Source: Paraspadella gotoi
Lineage: Eukaryota; Animalia; Chaetognatha
Direction of reading: 5' to 3'
Assembly (NCBI GenBank): GCA_051294375.1
Contig: CM119263.1
Span: 14,276,414-14,340,413 of the forward strand
DNA: 64,000 nucleotides
The translations under genes were made by a program, and so were the position numbers. Every line of letters begins with the position of its first letter. Within the stretch, counting starts at the first letter, position 1. The notes beneath the pieces are model-generated. The model made no database searches. It worked only from the letters and a program-made list of their open reading frames with translations, and was not told where the DNA came from. Positions 24,740 through 36,536 of the stretch are shown here, one piece after another.

Positions 24740-26032
24740 ATGGCCTCGAGTCGACCGCCGGTGTCACCTCAGATGGAGCGTCAACGACCCAAACGCGTCT
24801 CTCGTTTAGTGGAAATGTTTGAATCGTCGTCACCGTCGTCACCGCCAACTCAGTCACTCCTTACGCCGTCCACATCGTCGCCGCCATCGTCATCGTCCGT
24901 TTCTTCGCCGCCGCCATCGTCATCGCCATTGTCTTTGACAATAACGAATATTCCCTCCCCAGCGTCACCGGCGTCACCGGCGTCACCGACGTCCTTCACG
25001 TCGTTGGCTTCCAATTTATCTGCTAAACTATTGACGCCCGTTGGGTTTAAAAAGTTCGGCGGGTTTTCTTCGGGGAATAGGAGGGAAGTCTCAGAAAAAA
25101 TCGCAAACAACAACAACGACAGCAACAACTTTGATTCGGAAATTCGCTTATCCAGCGCCCTAATCGATAAAGGCAACAAAAACGACAAATTCGAAAAACA
25201 AAAGGACAAAGCGAGAACCAAAGCGACAGAGGAAATCGGTAAATCATCCGACGTTGTGACGTTCGAGAGCGAGTATGACGCTTCTTCCCTTCAACTAAAT
25301 CCGGATTCGGTGAAGAGGCTCTTGGAAAAGTTTGATTCCGATCACGAGGACGCGATCCCCGCAGAGAGGAAGGACGGGGTAAGGAATGTCATCTCGAATA
25401 ACAGAACTGAGGATTACGTCAACATCGAGAGCGTCGTCGTGGGAAGTACCAGCCAAAGCTTCACAACAGAAACTATTAACTTAAAAACGGTCGCAGAAGC
25501 TCAAGAAAATAGAAGAAGAGAGAGCGATGGAGAAGTGAAGAAAACGCAACAGGTCCACCATTCTGTTCTGAGGTTAGTTAAAGTGATAACAACGACATAA
25601 AAAAACCCGACAGGTTCATTGAATGCCTTGAATTTCTGGTCATATGATCGCTTTATTAGGTGATAACGTGACTGCACATTGTGCAGTGCATAAGTATGAT
25701 ACATTAAAGGTTTTATGGTACCTTACCTTCCTACCCAATATGAACTTGATATAAATAAAAAAAACATAAACATATTAATAAATAAATAAAGCATAAACAT
25801 AAATTAATAAGTAAAACATAAGTGGGACTGACCGACGGACATTCATATGTAGTTATGTACCAGGGGCGGCGAGAGAAATGGCGGGCCCCCCCACTGTCCC
25901 CCTGGTCGGGCCCACCCCTCTGGTCTCCATAATTTTAGTTTTTATTTTTCGATTACCGACTTTCTGCTTTGAGAAATTCTCCAGTGCTCAAACTTCTGCC
26001 TCCTCTTCTTTTTTCTTCTTTTCTTTTTTTCT

Positions 26033-26071
<39 letters not shown>

Positions 26072-29000
26072 CTCTTCTCAGGGCCAACAATCTCTATAAT
26101 AGAGTCTATTACAACGTCAATAACAACAAAGTCAACGAAAACGACAGACACCAGCACAAAGACGAAAACAACATTAAAAAGATAACAAAAACAATGACGC
26201 AAATTATGACCACAGTAGCAGCGACCAAATCAGGAAGATTAAAACAATCGATACCATTATTTACAAAATACTCCATTTTTTTAGATATACTTGTAAAAAC
26301 AAATACGCCCTTTCTACATATATCTAACAGATATCCGGCAGTGGATTACACAACTTGGTCTTCGAAAATGAGCAAATCCTCCGAACATGCAAAGCCTTCG
26401 AAACCCGCAAAGCCTCCGCGCTTATTAGCGTTGCCGCTGGATTCGGACAACGCCACTTCCGCCGCGGGAACTTCCCATTCCGAATCTTCGATCGTTATCT
26501 CTCTGGTTGCGACCGTTTCCTCGTCTTCCACGGGGGTCGACCACGTTCCTAAGTTCACTTCCTCGACGCCGGTCAAACTTCCCTCTCCCAGATCTCCGGA
26601 AGCTCCCAAGTCGCCGAATTCCTCCGTGCTCCCAACGAAGGGTCCCGAGTCGAATTCTTCCGCATCTCCTGACTCCATCCCGATGCGTCCGCCGAGACCC
26701 AAATCTCGCCCGTCCAAATCGGCGGTGCTCGAGGTTGCCTCCGTCGTCGTCGATCCTCCGCCGCCTCATGAAAGCGACGTGGCCACGAAACGCGCCGAAG
26801 TCTCTCGAACCTCGAGCGTTGATCGTTTCGACGAGAGAAGAGATTCCGCACCCACTTACGAACGTTGGCGAAGGCAAGCGGTCAAGAAACCTGTTCAAAA
26901 TAGATCCTCGTTGCCGTCGACCGGCACCGACGATCGGGAATCATCGGGAGACGGCGGCGCGTCGGAAAACATTTCAGATGATGCGAAGGAATCGAAAAAT
27001 CTTGAAAATGTTAGCTACGATTACGGACATCGGAAGAGTCTGGAGGCGCCTCGTCTGCTGCACCGTCGAAACAGCCGCAGCCTACCGGGCACAGACGACG
27101 AGGGAGAAGGCAGCAGTGACATCCAGAGGCCTCGACGCAAATCCAACGCCCTCGCCAACATGTTCCGGCGACGCTCATCCTCTTCGGAGCCGCGCGGCCT
27201 ATCTCCACCTCCACTGCCGAGCCGGAGATCCAGCGGCGGAGTCGCTGCTCAGCTTCTTAAAAAGGCGCGGGAGTACGTCGCCAATGGAGGCGACGCTGGG
27301 GATGCCGAAAAGGCGCCGGAGATCAACGCAGATAAAGAAGTCCATAACGGGGAAGCGCCCAAAGCATCGCCGGCGCCATCCGTAATGTCTAACCTGTCGC
27401 CGGGAAAGGACCGCATCAAACGACGGCACTCTCGTTTCGGCAACGAGCCCTATTACCAAGTTTATCCTTTGCCCTATCAAAGTCGAGAGGCCGATATTTC
27501 CGAGAACGGCCCCTCGAACAGCGATAAACTTTCTGTTGATTCGGACGATTCCAAGTTGACAAACTGCGCGTCGGAGGAGCTTCTGTGCGACAAGAACGAC
27601 GAAGGCGGGAACTTTGCCGTCAACGGTGACGACGCTGGATCTTCGCTCACCGTCTCTCTAAAGCGTTCCAACAGCGAACGAGACACCAAAGCCTCGGTGA
27701 GGAAACCGAATAGCCGAAAACGTGACCGTGGCCGGAGACGGCGCACGACGATGGATCTGCTTAACCCCAATTCTAACGCGCGCACGTTGTGGGCGCAGAC
27801 GCACGAGGTGCTCGAATCCGGATTACTGCAACGATTATCCTCGGAGGATGTGCGTCATCAAGAAGCCATGTTCGAGATCATCACCTCCGAGGCTTCTTTT
27901 CTCCGCAGCCTCGACACTCTCGTCAGCGTTTTCGCTAACGCTCCTGAACTGAGCGGTCGTCTGGACGAGGAGAGCGTCGTTTCCCGCCGAGAGCGAACCT
28001 GCATCTTCTCCAACATCGAGGGCGTCCGGGATGCCAGCGATAAATTCCTGGAGGCGTTGGAGAAACGATGGGAGGAGAATCCTCTCATCTCCGACGTTTG
28101 TGACATTATTCTTCAACTCGTGGAAAGCTACTTTAAAGGAGCCTACATACCTTATTGCCGCAACCAATCTTATCAGGAGCGAACACTGCAGGAGCTAATT
28201 AAAAGGCCAGACTTTTGTCAGGTGCTTGAGAATCTACAACAGCACAAGCAGTGCCAATTCTTGACTCTGTCGTCGTTTTTGCTGCTGCCTATGCAGCGAG
28301 TCACGCGGCTGCCGCTATTGGTGGAAGCGGTGCTGAAGCATAGGGAGGGAGGAACCGATGGGTGGCTAAAGGCCAACGACGCGCTCAACTCCTTGAAAGT
28401 AAGTCCAACTTTATTAAGAGAAACATTATCTCCAAATGCCGCATATTCTTCGTTAATTTTTATCTCTCAAATCTTTATTTGACCATGAAGTTAGGACTGA
28501 TTCCTTTGATTTCGCCTCCCAGGCGCTGACAAGAGAATGCAACGAAGCGGCAAAAACTATGGAAAGAGTGGAGGCGATGGTTCGACTCGACACGAGAATC
28601 AAGTTTCCCGCCAACATCAAGTCGTTACCGATTGTGAAAGAGAGTCGGCACGTCGTTAGAGAAGGCACTGTCACAAAGTAAGACACAATCGAAAGGACTG
28701 ATGCGCTATCGTGAATGTTCCTTTTTAAAGTTTTGGTTGGCACTGAGAACAAAAAATCGATTGTTGGTTACGGCAAAAAAATAAAAATAAATAAAAAACA
28801 AGGATCGCATGGATTTTTTTTTATTATTCTTCTATAATCTCAACTCCCCGATATCCACCTTGTGTACAAATTTGTCGAATAACTGAATAAATCGTTACAA
28901 ATGTGGTAGTGGAAAAGGAAGCGACGCAAAAAAAAGAGTAACGAATTATACATTTGAAGCGTCAGTTGCTTAATAGCATAATATACGTTATCATATCAGC

Positions 29001-29478
29001 ATCTTCTAAAAATATACAAAATATACACTTGAAGTTTCCTTCTCTCTGTGTTCAGCTCGTACAGATCATTATGATTTTGTTAATTCTCAGGCTGTTTTAT
29101 TTTTTTAAATCCAATACGGTTTTTTACAATTGCCTCCTTTTTCATTCTCGCGAATTTATTAAATTGTTGTCTTATCTGTTTCCTGTAAGAGTTATCATAT
29201 ACGTTAAATCTTGTTTTATTTAGATTCGACGAAAACGGTCGGAGGACGGTGAGCGGTCGTTTGCGCGAGAAAGCGATTCATCTTATCCTTTTCACGGACT
29301 TTTTATTCGTGACCAAAAAGAGTCGCGAGCGTCGTCCCTTCGGACCAACAGAAGGGGAACACGACGACGATGTGCGTTACAACGTTCTCGACTATTGCGC
29401 GAGGCACTCGGTGGAATGCTTCTCTTTAGCTGAGGAAGGTGAATAAGGGAGGGAGGGAGGAGGGAGGGAGGGAGGGAG

Positions 29479-29529
<51 letters not shown>

Positions 29530-30550
29530 AGAGAGGAGAGAGAGAGAGAGAGAGAGCCAGAGAATAACAGACAAAATGACAAACTAGCAAAAACAATGAG
29601 CCATACCATAGATCGAAAGCCATGGAAATCATAGATATATATTTAAACTAAGCAAAAATATAGTCGTTTGGGTTCTCGTTCTTCCCTTTATCTTCCGTGC
29701 AAATCCGTTCTCCCTTCCAGAAAAAAAAAGGTCGATTTAACGATTAAGCCTGATAAATTGCTGCCCTCCAGAGAACAGCCCGGCGAAATCGGGCTCACCT
29801 ACCAAACACGAAAACATGGGCAGGATCGTCCTTCTCAAGAACCACGAAGACAAAATCGCCGAATACTTTATTTCGTGCGAGAGTTCGTCGGAGATGGAAA
29901 GGTGCGCGCCTCACAAGAGATTTACCTGGTCGTTTTGCAAGCGACCTTGCTTTCTTATGGACGGATTACGAATTTTAAATGCGTAAAAATTCAAGAAGAA
30001 GAAAAAAAGTTTACGTATTGCTTTCAAATATGCAATACCGCAAGACGATTTAGAAATGATGATCTCAGCAGAATATTATGAAAAATATTTTTATTACAGA
30101 TGGAAATCTGCCTTGGCTCCGAAGCAAGAAGGCGACGAGGGCGAGGAGATATATGCGGCTTGGGCGTCACCGCGCTACGCGGTCAAACGAAGCCACGCTG
30201 CGGAGCAGGAAGACGAACTTACGCTCCACGTTGGCGAGGTCGTTGAAGTTTCGAAGAAAATGAAAGATGGTGAGGACCCACGACAAACGTGATATTTTAT
30301 TGCATACGACATAAGTTATCTTTTTGATTTAATTAAAATTTCTTATTTCATGTCTGAAATTCTTATGGTTTCCAAATTTTTTACAGGTTGGTATCAAGGC
30401 GTGCGAATCTCGGACAACGCGCTCGGTTGGTTTCCCGCTCATTGCGTAGAAGAGCTGGACGGGAGCGAGTTCAAGCAGGCCAAGAATCTCAGGCAAAAGT
30501 ATCAACTCATCAAGGCGGCCGAACAAATTTGGAAAAAGTCCAAGGCTTGA
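24740..30550 (+). CDS. Ephexin-family RhoGEF (DH-PH-SH3; ARHGEF16/26-like); core exons ~26331-28398, 28523-28678, 29224-29439, 29772-29901, 30100-30269, 30387-30550; 5' exons uncertain
   Basis: DH domain (QEAMFEIITSEASF...SFLLLPMQRVTRLPLLVEA...ECNEA), PH domain (HLILFTDFLFVTKK; LLKNHEDK) and SH3 domain (AEQEDELTLHVGEVV...GWYQGVRISDNALGWFP). Linkage of the S/P-rich 24740 ORF is inferred. Confidence 0.9.
26030..26070. repeat. (TTTC)n microsatellite forming a polypyrimidine tract
   Basis: Directly visible, immediately before an AG at ~26080. Confidence 0.85.
29447..29556. repeat. (GGGA)n/(GA)n microsatellite in an ephexin intron
   Basis: Directly visible. Confidence 0.9.
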
Positions 30551-31350
30551 ACGCGTCGCTCGTTCGAATTCATTGTGATGATTTGTTTCTTGCTTTTCAA
30601 ATGATTATCGATGAAATATAAAACGTGTTCCGCCGGATTGTAATTTCTTTGTCATAATTGAGTCTAGTCGTGATCAAGAACAAAGAAGTCAATCACTGTG
30701 AGTCGAAAATAAAAAGTTGCGGAATAAATAATAAATTGCGAAATGAATAATCCTAACTACAATATTTTAAGCATTCACCGGAATTCTTGGCCCAAAACCA
30801 ACTGCGTCATCTACCCTTTCTCACACCAATTTCAAATCGGACTTTTGTACTTGAAATACTTTTTTTTTATCACGAGATTTTTTTTCCAAATATCATTTCT
30901 GCTCTTTGATTCGGATTTGAGGTTCAATGCAAACGTCGAATTTAGTCGTCGACGACGACGAAGACCACGACGACAAAGACCGCTCCTTAAAGACTCCAAA
31001 GTCGAGATTCCACGCGGTTCAAGTTTTTCGTAAGAGTGTCACGTGACTCCGTAGAAGGGGCAGCGTCATTGGGAGAGTAATGTCAGACTTTGAGGCGTGG
31101 CAACTTGAGATGAAACGTACCATGAATTCGCATAGGAGGCCGCTTAATTATTGAACAATGTTGAATAAACATCACTTCATGCAACAACAATAAAAACAAA
31201 AGGAGACGATTTTAAGAGTCAAATAAAAACATTTGGGATATTAAATAAATTCCCCACCCCCCGTTATTTTATTAACTTTATTATTAATATATTTATGAAG
31301 AAAAATTTTGTAAAAATCACTAATCAATTAATTTAAAACCGAGTTTACAA

Positions 31351-34300
31351 TCATTTCCAAGTCAGGCATTCGCTCTTCCAGTAATCGACGCAACCGAGAT
31401 CGTTTTCCGAGAAATGTTGGCCCTCGCCGCAAGAAAGTGCCGTTCCACGCATGCGCGCCCCGATGTCTCGTGCGTGGCGGTAGTCGACGCTGCAGTGGTA
31501 GAACTCCGTGCAGTTCAAACGATTCGAGTAGAAACCTGATTGTGGTAATCAGCAGCCATCTTAAGTCGAATGAATTGACATCCCTATTGTCTGATTAGAC
31601 TCCGATAAAACATTGTAAGACTCTGCATTAAAACTTCTTATAACTTCATTGGGGGGCCCCCGGCCCAGGGGGGCAAGCTGGCTTTCTTACGACAGCACTA
31701 CCAGAGTCTTTGTCGGCGCAGAATTGCGACGCCGGTGAATCCTCGATCGATACGACGGGATAGTAATTGCGAGACTCTTCGGCCAGGACCGACTCTTTGT
31801 GAATCGGCCACGAACCGCACCTAAGTGTGATTCATTTTTATACAAATGTGTGTAAAGTTTTTCTTACAATATTTAAAGGCAGTATTTATTATTTAACCTT
31901 CCCAAATCCACACCTGGGGAACTTATCGGGCGCTGACGGGACTTCCCACTCTTCCCCGACTTGAATGACCATCGACATTCCGTAACCGAGGTGAAAGTTC
32001 ACGTGACAGTGAAAGAGCCACCATCCGGGGTTGTTCGTGTAAAAACGGATGATGGCGTAACCTCCGTTGGGAACGCTCACTGTCGAATGCGTGCAAACAT
32101 CGAGACGAGAGTAAAAACAAGAACGGAAATTCCAATATGCGTTGCGCCGCAGTGACTATCTTACCACGTGTATGTTCGACACGCACTGCATTGGAATCTC
32201 GTCTTTTATTATTTATGGCTCAAACTGTTTATAAGATTTCTTTAAAATCAAAATGTTCCGCTTGGTTCGATTCCTGTCTTAACGAATTAGCATCCAACTC
32301 ACGGAAGTGGGATAGACCGACGGACAGAAAAGTGACTCATAGATTTGTTCCGAATTCACCCGTGTCTTTCATCGGCGGCGTGATCAAATTCCGCTCGATT
32401 TTTCCTTCGGCATCGAGTCGCTCGAACTCTTCCCTCGTCGTGGACTCGCCGATCTTTCCCCAGCCCACGACCCAGAAGTGATGTCCGTGAATGTGCATCG
32501 GGTGGTTGGCGACCTGTATTCGCCCGAGGTTGATCAACACAAACTCCACCAGCTGAAAAGTGTGAATAATGGCTTTAAAAGAAACGAACTAATCGGGGTC
32601 AAAGTTAAAAAGAAATGAAAACATTAATAATCTTTTCAAAAGATTCATCTGAGACCCATCTGTCTGTCTGTCCATGGGTATGATTGTGTGATTGACCTGG
32701 AAATCTAGTTTCGATGGAATCGTCTGAGTGGAAATGAGTTTAAATGCTTTTTTTCCCTTTTTATACAAAATTATAAATGCAGCCTGCAACAATTAATTAA
32801 TTAATTATTTGATTATCTTCTTACCGCTAATGATCGTGGTCAGATCCGGCATTGTTTGCTCAAACTTGTAAAGTATTAATAATTAAGATTTATAGCGCGA
32901 GCTATTTCTTACTTGATTCAGTTTGAAAGAAAGTTTGTGGTGACATTCACAAAACCGAAATTCACAATCCTCATATCCAGCCGTATCGTCGTTGCAAAAC
33001 TTGAAGGGATCAATATCGTCGTGCTGAAAATAATTTAAAAAATAGAAAGTACTTTTAGGTACAAATACAAGTACAATGAGAAGCACCTGATACAAAAACG
33101 GCGAGGAAGGCAAGGCGTTAGTAATAAAGTTTATTTGCGGGGTTGCAAACTGAAGGCTCAGATTTTGGAAAGACGAAATGGGATACAAGCTTGGACTGTG
33201 TGTGTGCCAGCTGTCGATCTGATCAAAGAGAACAAAAACAAATTATGAGTGACTTCAACAGACAAAGAGGAATGGCCAAAATGATAATTCGACCAACACT
33301 TTATTTATAGTGACCGTTGACTAATCAAGTAATCCATCTTGCATGATAACTCAATCAATCACTACCAATCACTCCATCCAAGACGACCAAAGACGTAATC
33401 CATTGCCATCAGTCACTAACCATTGTAACCAACGTCAGCAATCATCAAACCCGATCAATAAATCCATCGATCACATTCATCAATCCTGATCAACCTGATG
33501 AAAGTCCAGCAGGTGATGGTACACGAAGTCCGGACGTTGCAAGTAGACCGGGCGGTGGACGGACTCGTCGACATCGAACTCCTCCACGGACGACAGCGCC
33601 GTTACGGGCAGCGTGTCGGGCACGATGTCGGTGTTGGAATTCCAAGGATTAAGCAGCGTCGTCGTCGCGGCGCGCGACGTAGTCAACGGCGGTTCGTCCG
33701 ACGCCACTCCTTCGTAGTTGAGCAAAGCTACGACGGAGACGTTCCCGCAGCTGTCCGATTGGCCCCGGACCCGGATGAGGTAATTGGCCGAACCCCTTTC
33801 GGCCCGCAGCACAAAATCATAGCGCTCTGCCGAGGTCATGCCCAGAGTCCCGATCGTCTTCGGCTCTACAGGAACGCCGTCTGTCGCTACGACGACGAGC
33901 TCGTGCCCGTCGACGGACAATTCAATGGGACAGTGGTTCCCAGTGGCTTGAATCACGCGAAAGCGGTAGGCGCGGCCGGGTCGAACGCGGAAGACGGCGA
34001 GAGGCGTGCCGGAGCCTTCGAACTCGCCTCGACCGTTGATGAGGAGGCTGCGCGGACCATTGATGGCGGAGTCGTGCAAATCTTCCGCCCGCATTGTCGA
34101 GGCGAGAACGTGGATCCAATCGGAGATGATGATCACGTGATCGGCGAGATCGAAATCGTACAGCCCCGAGTTGGGGTCCATCTCGGCCGCACGCCCGACA
34201 ATCAGTGCCCCGTGGAATCCGTCCATGCGTTGGGTGCCAGAGTGGGAGTGCCACCAATGGGTCCCCGGAGGATCGGCCAAAAATTCGTAGGTCCAACTTG

Positions 34301-35340
34301 AGGCATAGTGGATGGGGCACTGTCATCGAATAAGGGGTGTGATGAATAATATAATAATAATATAAACCCGTAATAAAAGGTTTTGAAAAAATAAATAATA
34401 AATGAACAATGATAAAAAAGAAATAAGGAAAAAGAAAACTGGGGGAAAAAGGGGAAAAAAAAGAAAGAGGGAAAGAAAAAAAAATAGAAAAAATAAAGAT
34501 AGAAAGAGAAAAAAGAAAAAAAAGAAAGAAATAACGAAAAATGAATTCATAACATAAGGAAAAGGAAGGGCAAATAAAAAACCCATAATCTTCGAGACCT
34601 GTGTGACTAAGCTGACGCCGTCCGCCCAAGGCGTTCCCCTCTGATACTGTCCGTGCCAGTGGATGCTGATTCCGCTCGCTTCGACATGATTGACGACGTT
34701 GACGACGATTCGGTCCCGATGACAGACTCGAATCTGAGGCCCTGGAAACTGCCTGTTAACGACGATGACGGGGCGTCGCACCCCGTCGGCGGCAATGCAG
34801 TGAGGGCGCTCGCAATCGCTTAATATCCGAGGACAGTCAAAGCAAGCTTTGGATATGGTACGATAGAGCTCGACAGCGAACCGGTACTCGCAGCGACGCG
34901 GTCGTGGCGGATACTCACAGGGCCGGTCGCAGTGGTGCTTGGGAAACTCTTCAACTGTCTCTCCAAAACTTCCGGCGTACGAATCGTGGGTAGAACTCCA
35001 CGGCGGTTTAGAATGCCAATAATCATCGCCTTGGGCAACGTCTAGAACGATTATTCGTAAAAGAAAGCTGAGCGGTGATCACTGATCAGTGGTCGGAAAT
35101 TTTCAAAAGAGAGAGAAATTTAACTAATAAAACATTCAACACAAAGTCACAAAACCATCACTGGCCCCTTGTGTTTACTAGAAGTTTATGACATTAGGTT
35201 CTTCACGTAGAAGATAATTAAATTTTCAAAAATTGGATTAATTTTATTATTCATTCTTTAATTATTAATTTATATGTTAAATTACCTGAAAAATCCGACA
35301 AGAGAAAAAATATGAGTATTACAATACTGAAGTGTTCCAT
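31351..35340 (-). CDS. Secreted multicopper oxidase (arthropod laccase type) with a C-terminal CBM14 chitin-binding domain
   Basis: Signal peptide MEHFSIVILIFFLLS; Cys-rich N-terminus; all four Cu motifs (HWHG, WWHSH, HPMHIHGH, HCHVNFHLGYGM). Extra exons 31820-31702 and 31535-31351 encode a six-Cys peritrophin-A type domain. A shorter form would stop at 31889. Confidence 0.88.
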
Positions 35341-36296
35341 GTCGTAATAATGGAGCCTTCATTTGTGTCCTAAGAATTCCTCTATGCTACGAGGTAGAGG
35401 TGTTATTTCCGAAGTGATATCATTCTCTTGCCTCGAGTACTTGGACAATTGCCTATCCGCATCTTTCTCTTTTTTCTTCTCCTTTTTTTTAAGAAACGTC
35501 GAGACCTGAAAGGTATTGTAAACAAACATCGAAAGTTTTCCATCATTCCGCCATTCCTTCTTCAGTATTATTCACACAAATCAATACTGTTAATAGTGAA
35601 AGGTATTTGTTACCTAGCTGTTTTATAATATTCCCTTTTATACTTTTTACGAAGATGATATTGAATATGCAAGAATGAAGTTCACCAAATAGTTAAGACC
35701 GAATAGATTAAAAAGTTATTTCTAGTTAAATAATGAATATCTGCTTATAAAGTTGATTTTAATTTTTAAACATTTTATACTCTCCCCTTTAAAAGGAATA
35801 TCTTTTCTTAAGTAAAAATTGATAAGGTTTTAAACACTTTACGATCAACATCAACGTCTTCTGTAAAATGTGTTATGTATTTAAAAAAAATCATATACAT
35901 TAATAAATTAAATATAAATAATCAACTGTTATCTCCATTTGTGGACTCGTTGAGTGTTAACTGACCACGATACATCTAAGTCCGACAGTCTTCTCCGGCA
36001 CCGAGACGAAAGGCACAACGTCATATCCTGTACTTGTGTTCGAACTATTTTTTTTGTCGAACCCATTATTTTTTTCTTTTTTTTCCTATTTTTTTTTTCC
36101 GAAATTTTGAGCCTTTTCGAGAGCAGCTCCGCGGAGCCGATTTTGGCGGACTCAAAGTCCGATTCAAAGTTTTCAAAACTTGAACTTTGATCCCGAACGC
36201 TTCTCCAGCGAGCGCAGAATTTTAGTATAATCTCTCTTGCCTCCATTCAATTCTTTTCAAACTCGCTAACTTTTAAAACCTCACCATTTTTTCATT

Positions 36297-36396
<100 letters not shown>

Positions 36397-36536
36397 TCTC
36401 TCTCAGGCTTCTTTCTCACTCAAGGATTATTTTTTTCTCTTTTTAAATCAATAAAAAAAGTAAACCATTCTTTAAATTCTCCGTTGATCTGAAAAAGATT
36501 ATTTTTTGAAAACAAAAATAAAAGATTATCGAAAAG

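Noticed and set aside
25969-26080. Hydrophobic signal- or TM-like N-terminus of the 837-aa ORF
   Set aside because: It derives from a (TTTC)n intronic polypyrimidine tract; ephexins are cytosolic.
33498-34301. 267-aa antisense ORF over the laccase exon, and similar antisense ORFs over ephexin and other genes
   Set aside because: Shadow ORFs caused by GC-rich codon usage.
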